A stretch of 64,000 nucleotides of DNA from Hellea sp. (lineage in GTDB: Bacteria > Pseudomonadota > Alphaproteobacteria > Caulobacterales > Maricaulaceae), in the NCBI GenBank assembly GCA_020627655.1, contig JAHDGM010000005.1:2977-66976 (forward strand). Reading direction: 5' to 3'. Under the pieces are notes generated by a model. That model made no database searches, was not told the DNA's origin, and was given only the letters and a program-made list of their open reading frames with translations. A program made the position numbers and the translations under genes. Positions 1 through 10,345 of the stretch are shown piece after piece; position 1 is the stretch's first letter; every line of letters starts with the position of its first letter.

Positions 1-801
1 CTTCAAATAGCTTATGGCTCTGATGCGTTTGACGAATTTCTCAAAGGCGCCGCTGCCATGGACACGCATTTCCGGGATGCGCCATTTGAGAAAAACCTGC
101 CCGTTATGATGGCCATGACAGGGGTGTGGAACCGCAATGTATTGGGCTATAGTTCTGTTGCGGTTATTCCGTATGCCAGACGTCTTAGAAAACTATCGGC
201 CTTTTTACAGCAGCTTGAAATGGAGAGTAACGGCAAATCCAAGACCCGTGAGGGCGGCGACACAGGCCTGACCTGTCCCATAATTTGGGGCGATGAAGGC
301 ACGAATGGCCAACACGCTTTTTTCCAGTGGCTGCATCAAGGCACGCCGGGCGCGCCAGTGGATTTTGTGGCAGTTCTGAAAGACCATGAAGCCCGGCCAG
401 AGCATCATAAAGCCTTGCTCGCCAATTGTTTTGCCCAAAGTGAAGCTTTGATGATCGGTAAGTCCGAATTCGTAGTTAAAGAAGAAATGATGGCGGCAGG
501 TGTAAGCAAGGCAGACAGGGCAGTTCTCGCGCCGCAAAAAACTTTCCCTGGAAACAGGCCGTCCACTACGATTACGCTGGATGAGTTATCGCCTTTCGCA
601 CTAGGGCATTTGATTGCTCTATATGAACATAAAGTTTTTGTGCAGGGCATCATTTGGGGGGTGAACTCTTTTGACCAATGGGGCGTTCAGCTTGGTAAGG
701 TATTGGCAAATTCTATACTCAAAGAATTTGATGGCGGATCGGGTGAGCATGATCCATCAACCGAGGCGCTAATCAGTTTGCGGGCAGAAAAATCTGCTTA
801 G
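1..801 (+). CDS. pgi: glucose-6-phosphate isomerase, C-terminal part (5' end outside window)
   Basis: Frame 1 is open from nt 1 (LQIAYGSDAFDEF...) into the listed ORF. PGI-type stretches are present: FLQQLEMESNGKS and GTNGQHAFFQWLHQG. Confidence 0.9.
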   Translation, partial: LQIAYGSDAFDEFLKGAAAMDTHFRDAPFEKNLPVMMAMTGVWNRNVLGYSSVAVIPYARRLRKLSAFLQQLEMESNGKSKTREGGDTGLTCPIIWGDEGTNGQHAFFQWLHQGTPGAPVDFVAVLKDHEARPEHHKALLANCFAQSEALMIGKSEFVVKEEMMAAGVSKADRAVLAPQKTFPGNRPSTTITLDELSPFALGHLIALYEHKVFVQGIIWGVNSFDQWGVQLGKVLANSILKEFDGGSGEHDPSTEALISLRAEKSA

Positions 802-1212
802 TTATTCTAGTACAAATCTGGCTCGCGATTCGGGTGTTGGAACATAACAGGTCTCTAACCGCCCAAACATTTTATAGCGGTTACGGGCGATGCGATAATA
901 AATCCAATCTCTGATTACCCGGGGGAGGATGCGGGCGATCCGTAGAAATGCCATAGGGCCACCGACTTTTTTCAAGACTGCAAATCCCGCATCCGATGAA
1001 AATGTGGCTTTACCGTCTTCAAGATAAATAAATGTGTGCGGATCGTCCGGATCCACATTGTGTTGTCGGGCAATTTTGCGCCCTAAATGGCTTTTGATTG
1101 CAACAAACTTCATGTCCGGCTGATTTTCATGTCTCAGTACATACTGCACAGCTCGTGAACAAAGCACGCAGTTCCCGTCAAAGACATAAATCGGATCGTT
1201 CATATCTATCAT
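802..1212 (-). CDS. DCC1-like thiol-disulfide oxidoreductase family protein (DUF393)
   Basis: 136 aa with N-terminal VFDGNCVLCSRAVQYVLRHE (CxxC), typical of the DCC/DUF393 family. Confidence 0.7.
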   Translation of the reverse strand: MIDMNDPIYVFDGNCVLCSRAVQYVLRHENQPDMKFVAIKSHLGRKIARQHNVDPDDPHTFIYLEDGKATFSSDAGFAVLKKVGGPMAFLRIARILPRVIRDWIYYRIARNRYKMFGRLETCYVPTPESRARFVLE

Positions 1213-1332
1213 GAAGATAATATGGGAGTTTATGGATCATATTTCCATGAGCTACGCTGTCACGGCTTGACTCTAGGTGGAGGGTCTGATTTTCATGACC
1301 TATAAAACAAATTGCATATGGGGAGCCGCTGA

Positions 1333-2859
1333 ATGTCATACGCCGTCACAGACTGGGTCAATTATTACGCCTATACTACGCCCGACAAAGTTGCCATGCG
1401 CGAACTTCCTAGCGGACGGAACTTCACTTATGCTCAAATGGATGAGCGGGTCGGCCGCTGCGCCGCTATGCTAAGGGCAAAAGGCATAAATAAGGGCGAT
1501 AGAGTTGCCTATTTAACACTTAATTCTACGGATACTATGGAGCTCATATTTGCGTGCTGGCGCATTGGCGCTATTTGTGTTGCCCTCAATTTTCGCCTGA
1601 CACCGCCTGAGTTGAAGTTTATTTTAGAAAATTCTGAAACATCTCTGGTTTTGGTCGATAGCCCATTTACAATGATTAAGGATGCCCTCGAAGGGAATTG
1701 TTGCGTCAAGGATTGGGTGCTGACCGATGGCATGGGTGGCGATAGTGAATATGAAAACCTGCTGGCCGAGGTGGAGCCAATATATGACATGATTGATCAA
1801 AATCTCGAAGATCAATGCATGTTAATGTATTCTTCCGGCACAACAGGAACGCCTAAAGGCGTGATAATTACGCATGGCATGATGTATTTTTCAAACGCAT
1901 CAGCTGTAAGTGCCGCCAAGCCTGAAGCTGATAATGTGTCATTATCGAATATGCCGTTATTCCATATCGGAGGATTAAACGTAACGGCTTTACCGGCGAT
2001 TTGGATCGGCGCAACGACAGTGATCATGCGCATGTTTGATCCTGCCTTGACGTTATCAGCAATTGATAATGATACGTTTCAAGTCACAACATTATTCATG
2101 GTGCCTGCGGCGTATAATGCATTGAAAGCCATGCCCAATGTTGAGGATATAAATTTCTCCCGAATTAAAATTGCGCTATGCGGCGCTGAAGCAGTGCCGG
2201 TTGAGTTGGTCAAGTGGTGGATGGAAAAGGGCGTTACTATACAGGAAGGCTATGGCATGACAGAAACAGCGGCTGTTGGCTGTATGTTGACCAAAGAATT
2301 CATTCCGGAAAAAGTTGGGTCCGCTGGCAAAAGCGGAATACATTCACGTATTCGGATCGTTGATGCGAGCGGTAAAACCTGCGCCCCGAATGTACCGGGG
2401 GAAATATGGTTTAAAGGCGCCTGTGTTACGCCGGGTTATTGGCGCCGCCCTGATGCCAATGCGGAAAGCTTCGTTGATGGCTGGTTCCGTTCAGGTGATA
2501 TAGGGCGCATGGACGCGAACGGCTTTATTTATATCGAAGACCGAGTGAAAGACATGTATATTTCAGGCGGGGAAAATGTCTATCCGGCTGAAATTGAAAA
2601 TGTGCTGTTCCAAATGCCTCAAATCAGAGAGGCCGCCGTCATTGGTGTGCCTTGTGATAAATTCGGTGAGACTGGCTGTGTATATGCGGCTTTAAACAAA
2701 GGATCTGAGTTGGAGCTTATTGAAGTTCAAGCACATGTGGCCACGCAGCTGGCGAAGTTTAAACACCCAAACCACTTGCGTATCGTGAGTGAACTTCCGC
2801 GTACGGCATCGGGGAAAGTTCAAAAATTTATTCTCCGCGAAAACTTTAACGCTGAGTAA
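1333..2859 (+). CDS. AMP-dependent acyl-CoA synthetase/ligase
   Basis: 508 aa with the AMP-binding motifs YSSGTTGTPKGV, GYGMTE, SGDIGRMD..YIEDRVKDMYISGGENVYP and LPRTASGKVQK. Confidence 0.85.
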   Translation: MSYAVTDWVNYYAYTTPDKVAMRELPSGRNFTYAQMDERVGRCAAMLRAKGINKGDRVAYLTLNSTDTMELIFACWRIGAICVALNFRLTPPELKFILENSETSLVLVDSPFTMIKDALEGNCCVKDWVLTDGMGGDSEYENLLAEVEPIYDMIDQNLEDQCMLMYSSGTTGTPKGVIITHGMMYFSNASAVSAAKPEADNVSLSNMPLFHIGGLNVTALPAIWIGATTVIMRMFDPALTLSAIDNDTFQVTTLFMVPAAYNALKAMPNVEDINFSRIKIALCGAEAVPVELVKWWMEKGVTIQEGYGMTETAAVGCMLTKEFIPEKVGSAGKSGIHSRIRIVDASGKTCAPNVPGEIWFKGACVTPGYWRRPDANAESFVDGWFRSGDIGRMDANGFIYIEDRVKDMYISGGENVYPAEIENVLFQMPQIREAAVIGVPCDKFGETGCVYAALNKGSELELIEVQAHVATQLAKFKHPNHLRIVSELPRTASGKVQKFILRENFNAE

Positions 2860-4612
2860 CTTTGAATATTGTTACGGTACCGTCCTCTAATGTTTTAAGG
2901 GGTGTGAGATAGCCTGGAATTTCTCCATCCATGAGCTGCCCCATTAATCCATCTGGGTTGTGGTTTTTTAAAGTCTCGCTTTCGCCTGTGGCAGAACAGA
3001 AGTGAACATAATCTATCTGTTCCTGCGCTAAATTTTCTAGGGAATTATCACCCGCGAATATTTGAATGGTTTTAGCAATCCCATTTACATTGCGATGGTA
3101 ATTTCCAGATAGCCCGCTGTGATGTGTTTCTCGCAAAATATGAGGTGTCCCATTTTCCGTTGTGACGAAACGGCCTTTTGGTAATGATTTCATATAACCC
3201 AACACTTCTTCTGAATAACAATTTTTTGCTTTTTGAAGGGAATTTTCAAAATCTGGTTCAGGTTCAGGGCTAAACAGAATTCCAGGTAAAGCCCAAAAAG
3301 CCGGTACAGCTAAAGTCAGCGCGCCAATATAAGCAAGATGAACTTTATCGGGGCGCTCAGTTTTCTTTGCATGCAATTCAGCGATCCAGGCCCCCAGTAC
3401 GATAAGCGAAAATACTTGTGCGAAAACATAAAAACGAATTTGATATAGTGAGAGTCCTGCAAGGATCACAAATAGGCCTAAGAACAGACCATACGGGACA
3501 GGGTTTTTGGTTTTTGAAATTTTGAATAAACTTATTATCGCTGCTACAAATGTTCCTCCGAGAGCGGCTGGAGCCAAGGTCCACCGCGTTTCAGGGTTGG
3601 CCAGCAAAGGCTGGGCTTCTATAATATTCTCAAGCCATAATTTTTTAACTTCAACAGGTAGGTCGCTAAGGGGGTTAGTAAGGCATTGAGGAGCTTGCAA
3701 TAAAAGGAGCATTGCGCAAATTATTGCTAAAACTATGAGGCCTGTCAGTCGTATTTTTATAGATGTGCCGGACAAAAATTTTGCGTTCAGCGCGAGACCT
3801 AGGCTGCCAGTGACACCTGTTGCAACTGTTATAAAAGATAAAGCGTCGCAATGAATATCATAATAATTGCTTGGCGGAATAACAGCGAGAAAGCTTATGG
3901 ACAATGTTGCGGCTAGGCCGATGCTGAAAGCGATGATGCCTTTTTGAGTTGATTTGCCTTTCGTCAACCAATGTAAAGCGACAAATCCAGATATGGCAGC
4001 ACCTAGGATGTATATATCCGCCCCTACGGCAAAAGATAGTCCAAGGCATATGCCGCTGATAAGTAGTGACTTAGGACTGCAATTCGGATCTATAGCAAAT
4101 CCTATTGCTAAACTCAGCAGGCCTATTTGCAGGTTGTGATGGTCAATGGCTCCAGGAGCAAAGCGGTAATGGGTCAGCATAAAGATGGCAGTAATAATCA
4201 AAGCCCACCAACCAGCGCGCACGCCCCCTAGGTTTTTTGCGCCTGTAAAAACACCCCCAAGAACAAGTCCAGTGCTGAGGGGTGGCCATAAAGAAATAGC
4301 AATCGCTTCGGCTGTTGCATAAGGCAGAAAAAGATCAAAAATACCTATAAGCACAAGCACAGGAATATCGGCCAATCTTGACCAATGCATAGGTGTGCCA
4401 TCTATGCTACCCATCCTGTACTGGGTCGTGTCGAACCAGCTTTGTCCACCCAGATAAAAATCACGTATTTGCATTAAACGCATGCTGTCGTCGTCATCTG
4501 CAGCAATTTTACCGACTTCGCCAAGCACCGTAGCTTGTATAAGAATGAGACAGACAAGTAATGCGTAAACGGCCCAAAAAGCATAGTTTGGGTGTATGCT
4601 AGGTCGATTCAT
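2846..4612 (-). CDS. polytopic inner-membrane protein, candidate GT-C-fold glycosyltransferase
   Basis: Long ORF with more than 10 hydrophobic segments and an acidic first loop (AADDDDSMRLMQIRD). It is divergent from a GtrB/ArnC-like GT2 gene. Start re-picked at MNRPSIHPNYAFW (ATG 4612). The function is inferred, not recognised. Confidence 0.5.
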   Translation of the reverse strand: MNRPSIHPNYAFWAVYALLVCLILIQATVLGEVGKIAADDDDSMRLMQIRDFYLGGQSWFDTTQYRMGSIDGTPMHWSRLADIPVLVLIGIFDLFLPYATAEAIAISLWPPLSTGLVLGGVFTGAKNLGGVRAGWWALIITAIFMLTHYRFAPGAIDHHNLQIGLLSLAIGFAIDPNCSPKSLLISGICLGLSFAVGADIYILGAAISGFVALHWLTKGKSTQKGIIAFSIGLAATLSISFLAVIPPSNYYDIHCDALSFITVATGVTGSLGLALNAKFLSGTSIKIRLTGLIVLAIICAMLLLLQAPQCLTNPLSDLPVEVKKLWLENIIEAQPLLANPETRWTLAPAALGGTFVAAIISLFKISKTKNPVPYGLFLGLFVILAGLSLYQIRFYVFAQVFSLIVLGAWIAELHAKKTERPDKVHLAYIGALTLAVPAFWALPGILFSPEPEPDFENSLQKAKNCYSEEVLGYMKSLPKGRFVTTENGTPHILRETHHSGLSGNYHRNVNGIAKTIQIFAGDNSLENLAQEQIDYVHFCSATGESETLKNHNPDGLMGQLMDGEIPGYLTPLKTLEDGTVTIFKVTQR

Positions 4613-4698
4613 GATATATTTCCCAAAAAGTGATATTTGGAAACGTAAACTTAACCACATTAAGATTTATTGAAGCCATAACAATAATGGGGTGAAAA

Positions 4699-5715
4699 GT
4701 GGACTTTAAAGATTATTCGATCGCAGTCTTACTGCCGTGCTATAATGAGGAACAGGCTATTGCAGGTGTTGTTTTAGACTTTCGCCGGGTGCTGCCAAGC
4801 GCAAAAATTTACGTTTATGACAACAATTCCACAGATGAGACAGCGCAACAGGCTGTATTAGCCGGCGCTATAGTCGTTCCAAGCCCGCGTCAGGGTAAGG
4901 GTAATGTCGTGAGGCAAATGTTCTCTGATATTGAGGCCGATATATATATCATGGCCGATGGTGACGGAACTTATGATACATCCGCAGCACCTGCTTTAAT
5001 ATCCAAGTTAATCCACGATCGTTTGGATATGGTTGTCGGAACTCGAAAAGATGTGAAACAAGATGCAGGCCGTAAAGGTCATGCCTTTGGGAATGATCTG
5101 TTTAACCGGATTTATCAGTTTTGTTTCGGTACTGACTTTACCGATATTTTCTCTGGCTACCGTGTGTTTAACCGCCGTTTTGCCAAAAGCTTCCCGGCTG
5201 AGAGCCCTGGTTTTGAGATTGAAACTGAAATGTCAGTTCATGCCTCTGTTTTACGATTGCCGGTTGCTGAAATGGAATGCGAGTATGGTCGGCGCGTAGA
5301 GGGGTCCGAAAGTAAGCTTTCTACCTTCCGCGATGGTTTCAAGATATTGCGGATGATTTTTACGCTTGTCAAAGAAACCCGGCCATTCACATTCTTTAGT
5401 GCAATCAGTACAGGTCTTTTCCTGGCCAGTATGGCATTTATCATACCGGTTGTGATTGAATATTTTCAAACGGGTCTTGTTGAGCGGTTTCCAACCTGGA
5501 TTATGGGTATGACGCTGCTATTGGGTGCTATGATGACCTTTACGGCCGCTATGATTTTAGACTCATTGGCAAGATCGCGGGCTGAACAGAAGCGGATTTT
5601 CTATCTTTCCATAGATCCTGCCCGGGGTGAAAAGCACATTACGGGTGCTAAAATGTCAATTGAACGCCGCCAAACAACTATGCACACTCTCGGAAAAACC
5701 GGTCGCGCAGAATAA
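4699..5715 (+). CDS. family 2 glycosyltransferase with C-terminal TM helices (polyprenyl-phosphate glycosyltransferase-like, GtrB/ArnC type)
   Basis: GTG start. Motifs VLLPCYNEEQAI, VYDNNSTDET and ADGDGTYD, with two C-terminal hydrophobic helices. Confidence 0.8.
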   Translation: MDFKDYSIAVLLPCYNEEQAIAGVVLDFRRVLPSAKIYVYDNNSTDETAQQAVLAGAIVVPSPRQGKGNVVRQMFSDIEADIYIMADGDGTYDTSAAPALISKLIHDRLDMVVGTRKDVKQDAGRKGHAFGNDLFNRIYQFCFGTDFTDIFSGYRVFNRRFAKSFPAESPGFEIETEMSVHASVLRLPVAEMECEYGRRVEGSESKLSTFRDGFKILRMIFTLVKETRPFTFFSAISTGLFLASMAFIIPVVIEYFQTGLVERFPTWIMGMTLLLGAMMTFTAAMILDSLARSRAEQKRIFYLSIDPARGEKHITGAKMSIERRQTTMHTLGKTGRAE

Positions 5716-5737
5716 TAATAGGCTTAGTATCAGCATA

Positions 5738-6085
5738 CTAGCCTTTGGGCGCGGATGAGCTTTCCGTTACGGGAATTTCATCGCTACAAACGTCCAGCAC
5801 TTCGCGTCCGTTTGAGTCGACATAGATAATTTGCGCTTCTTTTACGACACGCGTTATTGTTTCTTTGCGCTCAATGGGTTCATATGGTGGGTTGTCTATC
5901 ATAGTGATAGCCGTATAGGTTTCCGTTTCTTCTGGGATAACAACCTTTTGCAACATTGAAATCGGCGTGCAGGTGAGAACCGGGTCAATTTGAATTTCAA
6001 CGGTTTCAGCTTCAGGTTCGGGCGTTGTTTTACAAGCCGATAACGCTATGAGAGCGCCTAGAATCAAAGGGGTATTCTTATACAT
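5738..6085 (-). CDS. hypothetical lipoprotein
   Basis: 115 aa with signal peptide and lipobox (LILGALIALSAC). No recognisable family. Confidence 0.55.
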   Translation of the reverse strand: MYKNTPLILGALIALSACKTTPEPEAETVEIQIDPVLTCTPISMLQKVVIPEETETYTAITMIDNPPYEPIERKETITRVVKEAQIIYVDSNGREVLDVCSDEIPVTESSSAPKG

Positions 6086-6287
6086 GGCAGTTTCCTTCTC
6101 TATTAACGGCCTTTTGAAAGGTGAGTTTGTCTAATTTGTGTCTTTACTGGACATATTCCAGTCACAATTATGGGCATTGTTGGAAATATAGTTAAGACTT
6201 TATTGCAGAAATTTACCTTAAATACTGTTAATTAGCCCGAAGCGTTATAACATGCCAAAAAGATATCAAGCAGAATAGGTAAAAAGA

Positions 6288-7013
6288 ATGACGATGCTGA
6301 ATATGGCTGTAGAGCCAATGTTGATTTTGGCCAGTGGGGATTATTCCTTTTTATCCCTGTTCACACAGGCCAGTTGGGTCGTAAAGGCCGTGATGGTTTT
6401 ACTGTTGCTGGCCTCATTATGGTCATGGGCTATAGCGATTGATAAGCTTATAACTTTTCGTCTTTTAAAAGGCCGTGCGGATAAGTTTGAAGAAACTTTT
6501 TGGTCTGGCCGGACATTAGAGGATTTATCATCTGGTCTCGCTGGCGACGTGCGCGACCCTATGGCCCGAGTGTTTTCAGCTGCTATGCGGGAATGGGAAG
6601 AAAGCAAAGGCGCAAATATGCGTGGTGATGGTGCTATGATCAGTGCTCAGCAGCGGATTAACGGGGTTATGAACCTGGTTGTGAACCGGGAACTCACCAA
6701 GGCAGAGCGTGGTATGACCGTTTTGGCGACAATTGGGTCATCGTCAGTGTTTATCGGACTTTTTGGGACGGTTTGGGGGATTATGAATTCTTTCAGAGCC
6801 GTTGGAGAAATGCAATCTGCTGATTTTTCCGTAGTTGCACCTGGTGTTGCAGAAGCGCTGTTTGCGACGGCTCTCGGTTTGGTTGCCGCTATTCCTGCTG
6901 TTATTTTCTACAATATTTTTACGAATGAACTGGATCGTTATGCGGGCCGTCTTGAGGGATATGCAGATGAGTTGTCAGCTATCCTGTCCCGCAAACTGAC
7001 TAAAGGCAGTTGA
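6288..7013 (+). CDS. tolQ: Tol-Pal system protein TolQ (MotA/TolQ/ExbB channel)
   Basis: Motifs GLFGTVWGIMNSF and VAPGVAEALFATALGLVAAIPAVIFYN. It is the first gene of a tolQRAB-pal cluster. Confidence 0.9.
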   Translation: MTMLNMAVEPMLILASGDYSFLSLFTQASWVVKAVMVLLLLASLWSWAIAIDKLITFRLLKGRADKFEETFWSGRTLEDLSSGLAGDVRDPMARVFSAAMREWEESKGANMRGDGAMISAQQRINGVMNLVVNRELTKAERGMTVLATIGSSSVFIGLFGTVWGIMNSFRAVGEMQSADFSVVAPGVAEALFATALGLVAAIPAVIFYNIFTNELDRYAGRLEGYADELSAILSRKLTKGS

Positions 7014-7014
7014 T

Positions 7015-7449
7015 ATGGGTATGTCGCTACAGACAGCATCTCGCAGGCGTGGGCGCCGGGGACGCCGATTGAATTCTGAAATCAATATCGCTCCGCTCGT
7101 TGATGTCATGTTGGTTCTGTTGTTAATTTTCATGATGACTGCAAAGGATCTTTTGTCGGGTGTCGATGTGACATTGCCAAAGACCGACGCGACGACGCTT
7201 CCAGTTAATAAAGACCCGTTGATGATTACAATTCAGCAGGATGGCGGCGTTTTCCTATTGGATAATGCTGTCACGCTGGACGATCTTGTCGATAAACTAT
7301 CAGCAATTGCCGGAAATGGCTTTGAAGAGCGTATTTATCTGCGGGGCGATGCTAATACACGACATGAGGATATCATGCTGGTAATGTCCCGAATTAACGA
7401 GGCTGGCTTTACCAATATTGGATTGGTGACGGAGCCAATTAAAGAGTAA
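7015..7449 (+). CDS. tolR: Tol-Pal system protein TolR (ExbD/TolR)
   Basis: 144 aa with EINIAPLVDVMLVLLLIFMMT. Starts 2 nt after the tolQ stop. Confidence 0.9.
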   Translation: MGMSLQTASRRRGRRGRRLNSEINIAPLVDVMLVLLLIFMMTAKDLLSGVDVTLPKTDATTLPVNKDPLMITIQQDGGVFLLDNAVTLDDLVDKLSAIAGNGFEERIYLRGDANTRHEDIMLVMSRINEAGFTNIGLVTEPIKE

Positions 7450-7452
7450 AAT

Positions 7453-8256
7453 ATGCGGTTCGGTTGGCCTATATCGCTGAGTTTGCATATACTCTTTCTG
7501 TTTGGAGGCTGGATTGTTTTATCTAGAGCTCCGGTTCTGGAAAATCAGCCAGAGATCATACCAGTGCAGATTGCGACAATTTCGGAAATTACTAACGTAC
7601 GCGCGAGTGTGAAAAGGCCTTCGCCCAAACCAGAGCCCGTGCCTGAACTGCCGATGACTTTGGAAACGCCAATGGAAAATGCGCAGGATCAAGATGACGC
7701 CGTTGTCATACCGGAGCAAACTATACCAGATGAACCGCAAACTTCTCCCGACAAAGTTGCTGAGGTAGAAATTTCTGTAGAACCTACTGAACCGGAAGCG
7801 CCAAGTTTTGACCTCGACCGATTTGCGGCCGTGATAGACCGAACTCGCGAAACGCAGCCTGAAGTGGGACAGCAGCGCAGCCTGCAATCCGAAGAGAATT
7901 TTTATGTTTATTCACAAACATCTCAGGCGGCTGTCGGTGAGGGCTCCGCTTTAACACTCAGTGAAATTGATGCGCTGCGCCAAAAAATGTATGAATGTTG
8001 GCGAATACCAGCAGATGCCAAAAACCCTTCTGAATTGATGGTTGAGGTTCGCGTAGCCCTTCGTGCTGATGGAGTGGTCGTATCTGCAGAGCTTGCCGAT
8101 CCTGGCAAAGTTGCGTCAAGTACAAATAGCTTTATGCCAATTGCCGCCCGCCGCGCCGTTAACGCCGTTCAGCGATGTGGTCCTTATGATTTTCTGCCTG
8201 CAGAAAAGTATAGCCATTGGCAGGATATGACCTTACGTTTCATACCGGAATTCTGA
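7453..8256 (+). CDS. tolA: cell envelope integrity protein TolA
   Basis: N-terminal TM segment, a Pro/Glu-rich linker and a C-terminal TolA/TonB-like domain. Sits between tolR and tolB. Confidence 0.75.
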   Translation: MRFGWPISLSLHILFLFGGWIVLSRAPVLENQPEIIPVQIATISEITNVRASVKRPSPKPEPVPELPMTLETPMENAQDQDDAVVIPEQTIPDEPQTSPDKVAEVEISVEPTEPEAPSFDLDRFAAVIDRTRETQPEVGQQRSLQSEENFYVYSQTSQAAVGEGSALTLSEIDALRQKMYECWRIPADAKNPSELMVEVRVALRADGVVVSAELADPGKVASSTNSFMPIAARRAVNAVQRCGPYDFLPAEKYSHWQDMTLRFIPEF

Positions 8257-8259
8257 ATT

Positions 8260-9576
8260 ATGAAAATTTATGTGAAACTGATATTGGTGGTTGTGGTTCT
8301 CTTGGGAGCTCTTTCCACCTCGGCCAAAGCGCAGCTTAGTATTGATATTACGCAAGGTAACCTTGAGCCATTACCCATCGCGGTCCCTGACTTTATTTCT
8401 GCGGATACTAGTGGCCGAGATATTGGAGCACAAATTGCTCAAGTCGTTCGGGACGATCTGGAGCGTTCAGGCATATTTAAGTCTTTATCGCCAGACAGTT
8501 TTCTGGAGACCCAAACAAATATTGATTACAAACCAGTTTTCGCGGATTGGCGCGTCATCAAGGCTGATGCTTTGGTGTCAGGACGTGTGGTTATGGAAGG
8601 CCCTAATCGTATGCGGGTCGAATACCGTTTATGGGACGTCATAAAAGGTGAGCAAATTGCCGGGTTTAGGTTTTCTGCTACGCCGCAGCAATGGCGCCGT
8701 ACAGCTCACAAAGTTGCCGATAGTATCTACAAAAAACTCACGGGTGAAGAAGGCTATTTTGATACCCGCATCGTTTTCGTAGACGAAAAAGGGCCGAAAA
8801 CTAATCGTCGTAAACGTCTGGCAATTATGGATCAGGATGGCGCTAATGCGCAATATCTTCAATCCGGAGCAGATATCGTTCTGACACCGCGTTTTTCCCC
8901 AAATAGTCAGACGATCACTTACATGTCCTATGAAAGTGTTGTGCCACAAGTTTATGTCCTGGACATAGAAACAGGCCGCCGGGAATTGTTAGGTAATTTC
9001 CCAAGTATGACATTTGCACCGCGTTTTTCTCCTGACGGACGGTCAATGGTTTTGAGCCTGATGAAAAAAGGCAATAGCGATTTATATCTTATGGATTTGA
9101 CATCACGTTCAACTAGTCGCTTGACAACGTCCCCAGCAATTGATGTCTCGGGAAGCTTTTCCCCGGATGGACGCCAGCTGGTCTTTAACTCTGACAGAGG
9201 CGGGTCACCACAACTCTATGTGATGAGCGCCAAAGGGGGAGACGCAAAACGTATCAGCTTTGGAAAAGGCCGTTATTCTGCACCTGTCTGGTCGCCTCGA
9301 GGAGATAAAATCGCTTTTGTCAAAAGTAAGGGCGGCAAGTTTGCTATAGGCGTCATGAATCCTGACGGGAGTGGTGAGCGCATTTTAACGGAAAGTTTTC
9401 TGGATGAAAGCCCGACTTGGTCACCCAATGGTCGTGTCATAATTTTCAGCCGCGAGACCCGCGGTGAGCGGGGCAAAAGTGAATTATGGTCTGTTGATTT
9501 AACGGGACGGAATTTACGTAAAGTTTCGACGCCTGGCCGCGCATCTGACCCTGCATGGTCACCTTTATTGCCATAA
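8260..9576 (+). CDS. tolB: Tol-Pal system beta-propeller protein TolB
   Basis: Signal peptide plus repeated propeller motifs ([58 protein letters not shown]). Confidence 0.95.
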   Translation: MKIYVKLILVVVVLLGALSTSAKAQLSIDITQGNLEPLPIAVPDFISADTSGRDIGAQIAQVVRDDLERSGIFKSLSPDSFLETQTNIDYKPVFADWRVIKADALVSGRVVMEGPNRMRVEYRLWDVIKGEQIAGFRFSATPQQWRRTAHKVADSIYKKLTGEEGYFDTRIVFVDEKGPKTNRRKRLAIMDQDGANAQYLQSGADIVLTPRFSPNSQTITYMSYESVVPQVYVLDIETGRRELLGNFPSMTFAPRFSPDGRSMVLSLMKKGNSDLYLMDLTSRSTSRLTTSPAIDVSGSFSPDGRQLVFNSDRGGSPQLYVMSAKGGDAKRISFGKGRYSAPVWSPRGDKIAFVKSKGGKFAIGVMNPDGSGERILTESFLDESPTWSPNGRVIIFSRETRGERGKSELWSVDLTGRNLRKVSTPGRASDPAWSPLLP

Positions 9577-9706
9577 TTCTGACCTAATTTTTAAAGACCA
9601 TGACAAAAATATAATGGCTATTGCAGCCTGTTTCGCTTGATTCGCATAGTAGAGTTTGGTGAAGTAGGGTGCTATAATAAATATAACCCGGATAGGGAGA
9701 CGACTA

Positions 9707-10285
9707 ATGAAGATAAGATTGATCCTATTAATTGCGGGAACAGCCATAGGTCTTGCTGGCTGTAAGACGACGCCTGAGGAGTTACCAGATCCAACACCTG
9801 TTGCAGAGGCGCCCATTGTTCCGGCCCCTGCGCCAGTCGTGCAATCGCCGCGACCAGTTGTTGAGACAGCTCCGCAATCGCAAGGGCCGATTTTTCAAGG
9901 CCCGACACCGGGTACTCTGGATGACTTTCTATATCAATCGGGCGGTGAAGCTCGTGTCTATTTTGGATATGATCAATATGATCTATCCAGTGAAGCGCGT
10001 GACGCATTGCGGCGTCAGGCCAGTTGGCTGCAAACATATTCCACTGTTACGGCTGTGATCGAGGGCAATGCGGATGAGCGCGGTACGCGCGAATATAATC
10101 TGGCTCTGGGCGCGCGACGTGCAGAGAGTGTGAAAGCCTTTTTGGTCAGTCAGGGGGTTTCTCCTAATCGATTGACTACTGTATCTTATGGAAAAGAACG
10201 TCCAATCGATCCGCGTTCAAATGAAGAGGGATGGTCCCGTAATCGGAATTCTCATACTAACCTAATGTCTGGCAGTATTGGCTAA
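9707..10285 (+). CDS. pal: peptidoglycan-associated lipoprotein Pal (OmpA-like)
   Basis: Lipobox IGLAGC and an OmpA-like domain: VIEGNADERGTREYNLALGARRAESVKAFLVSQGV. Confidence 0.9.
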   Translation: MKIRLILLIAGTAIGLAGCKTTPEELPDPTPVAEAPIVPAPAPVVQSPRPVVETAPQSQGPIFQGPTPGTLDDFLYQSGGEARVYFGYDQYDLSSEARDALRRQASWLQTYSTVTAVIEGNADERGTREYNLALGARRAESVKAFLVSQGVSPNRLTTVSYGKERPIDPRSNEEGWSRNRNSHTNLMSGSIG

Positions 10286-10345
10286 CTGCAAAAGCACTGC
10301 GGGTGTTAGGTGACCGGAAACTATTTGCACGTTATGTGGATTATT

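Noticed and set aside
1277-1474. 65-aa ORF overlapping the start of the acyl-CoA synthetase gene.
   Set aside because: It is out of frame with a well-supported gene and has no features of its own.
6218-6231. TTAA-N6-TTAA upstream of tolQ, and TTAA-N8-TTAA at 37867..37882, as possible CtrA boxes.
   Set aside because: The spacing is wrong (6 and 8 nt instead of 7). Such near-misses are expected in AT-rich spacers.
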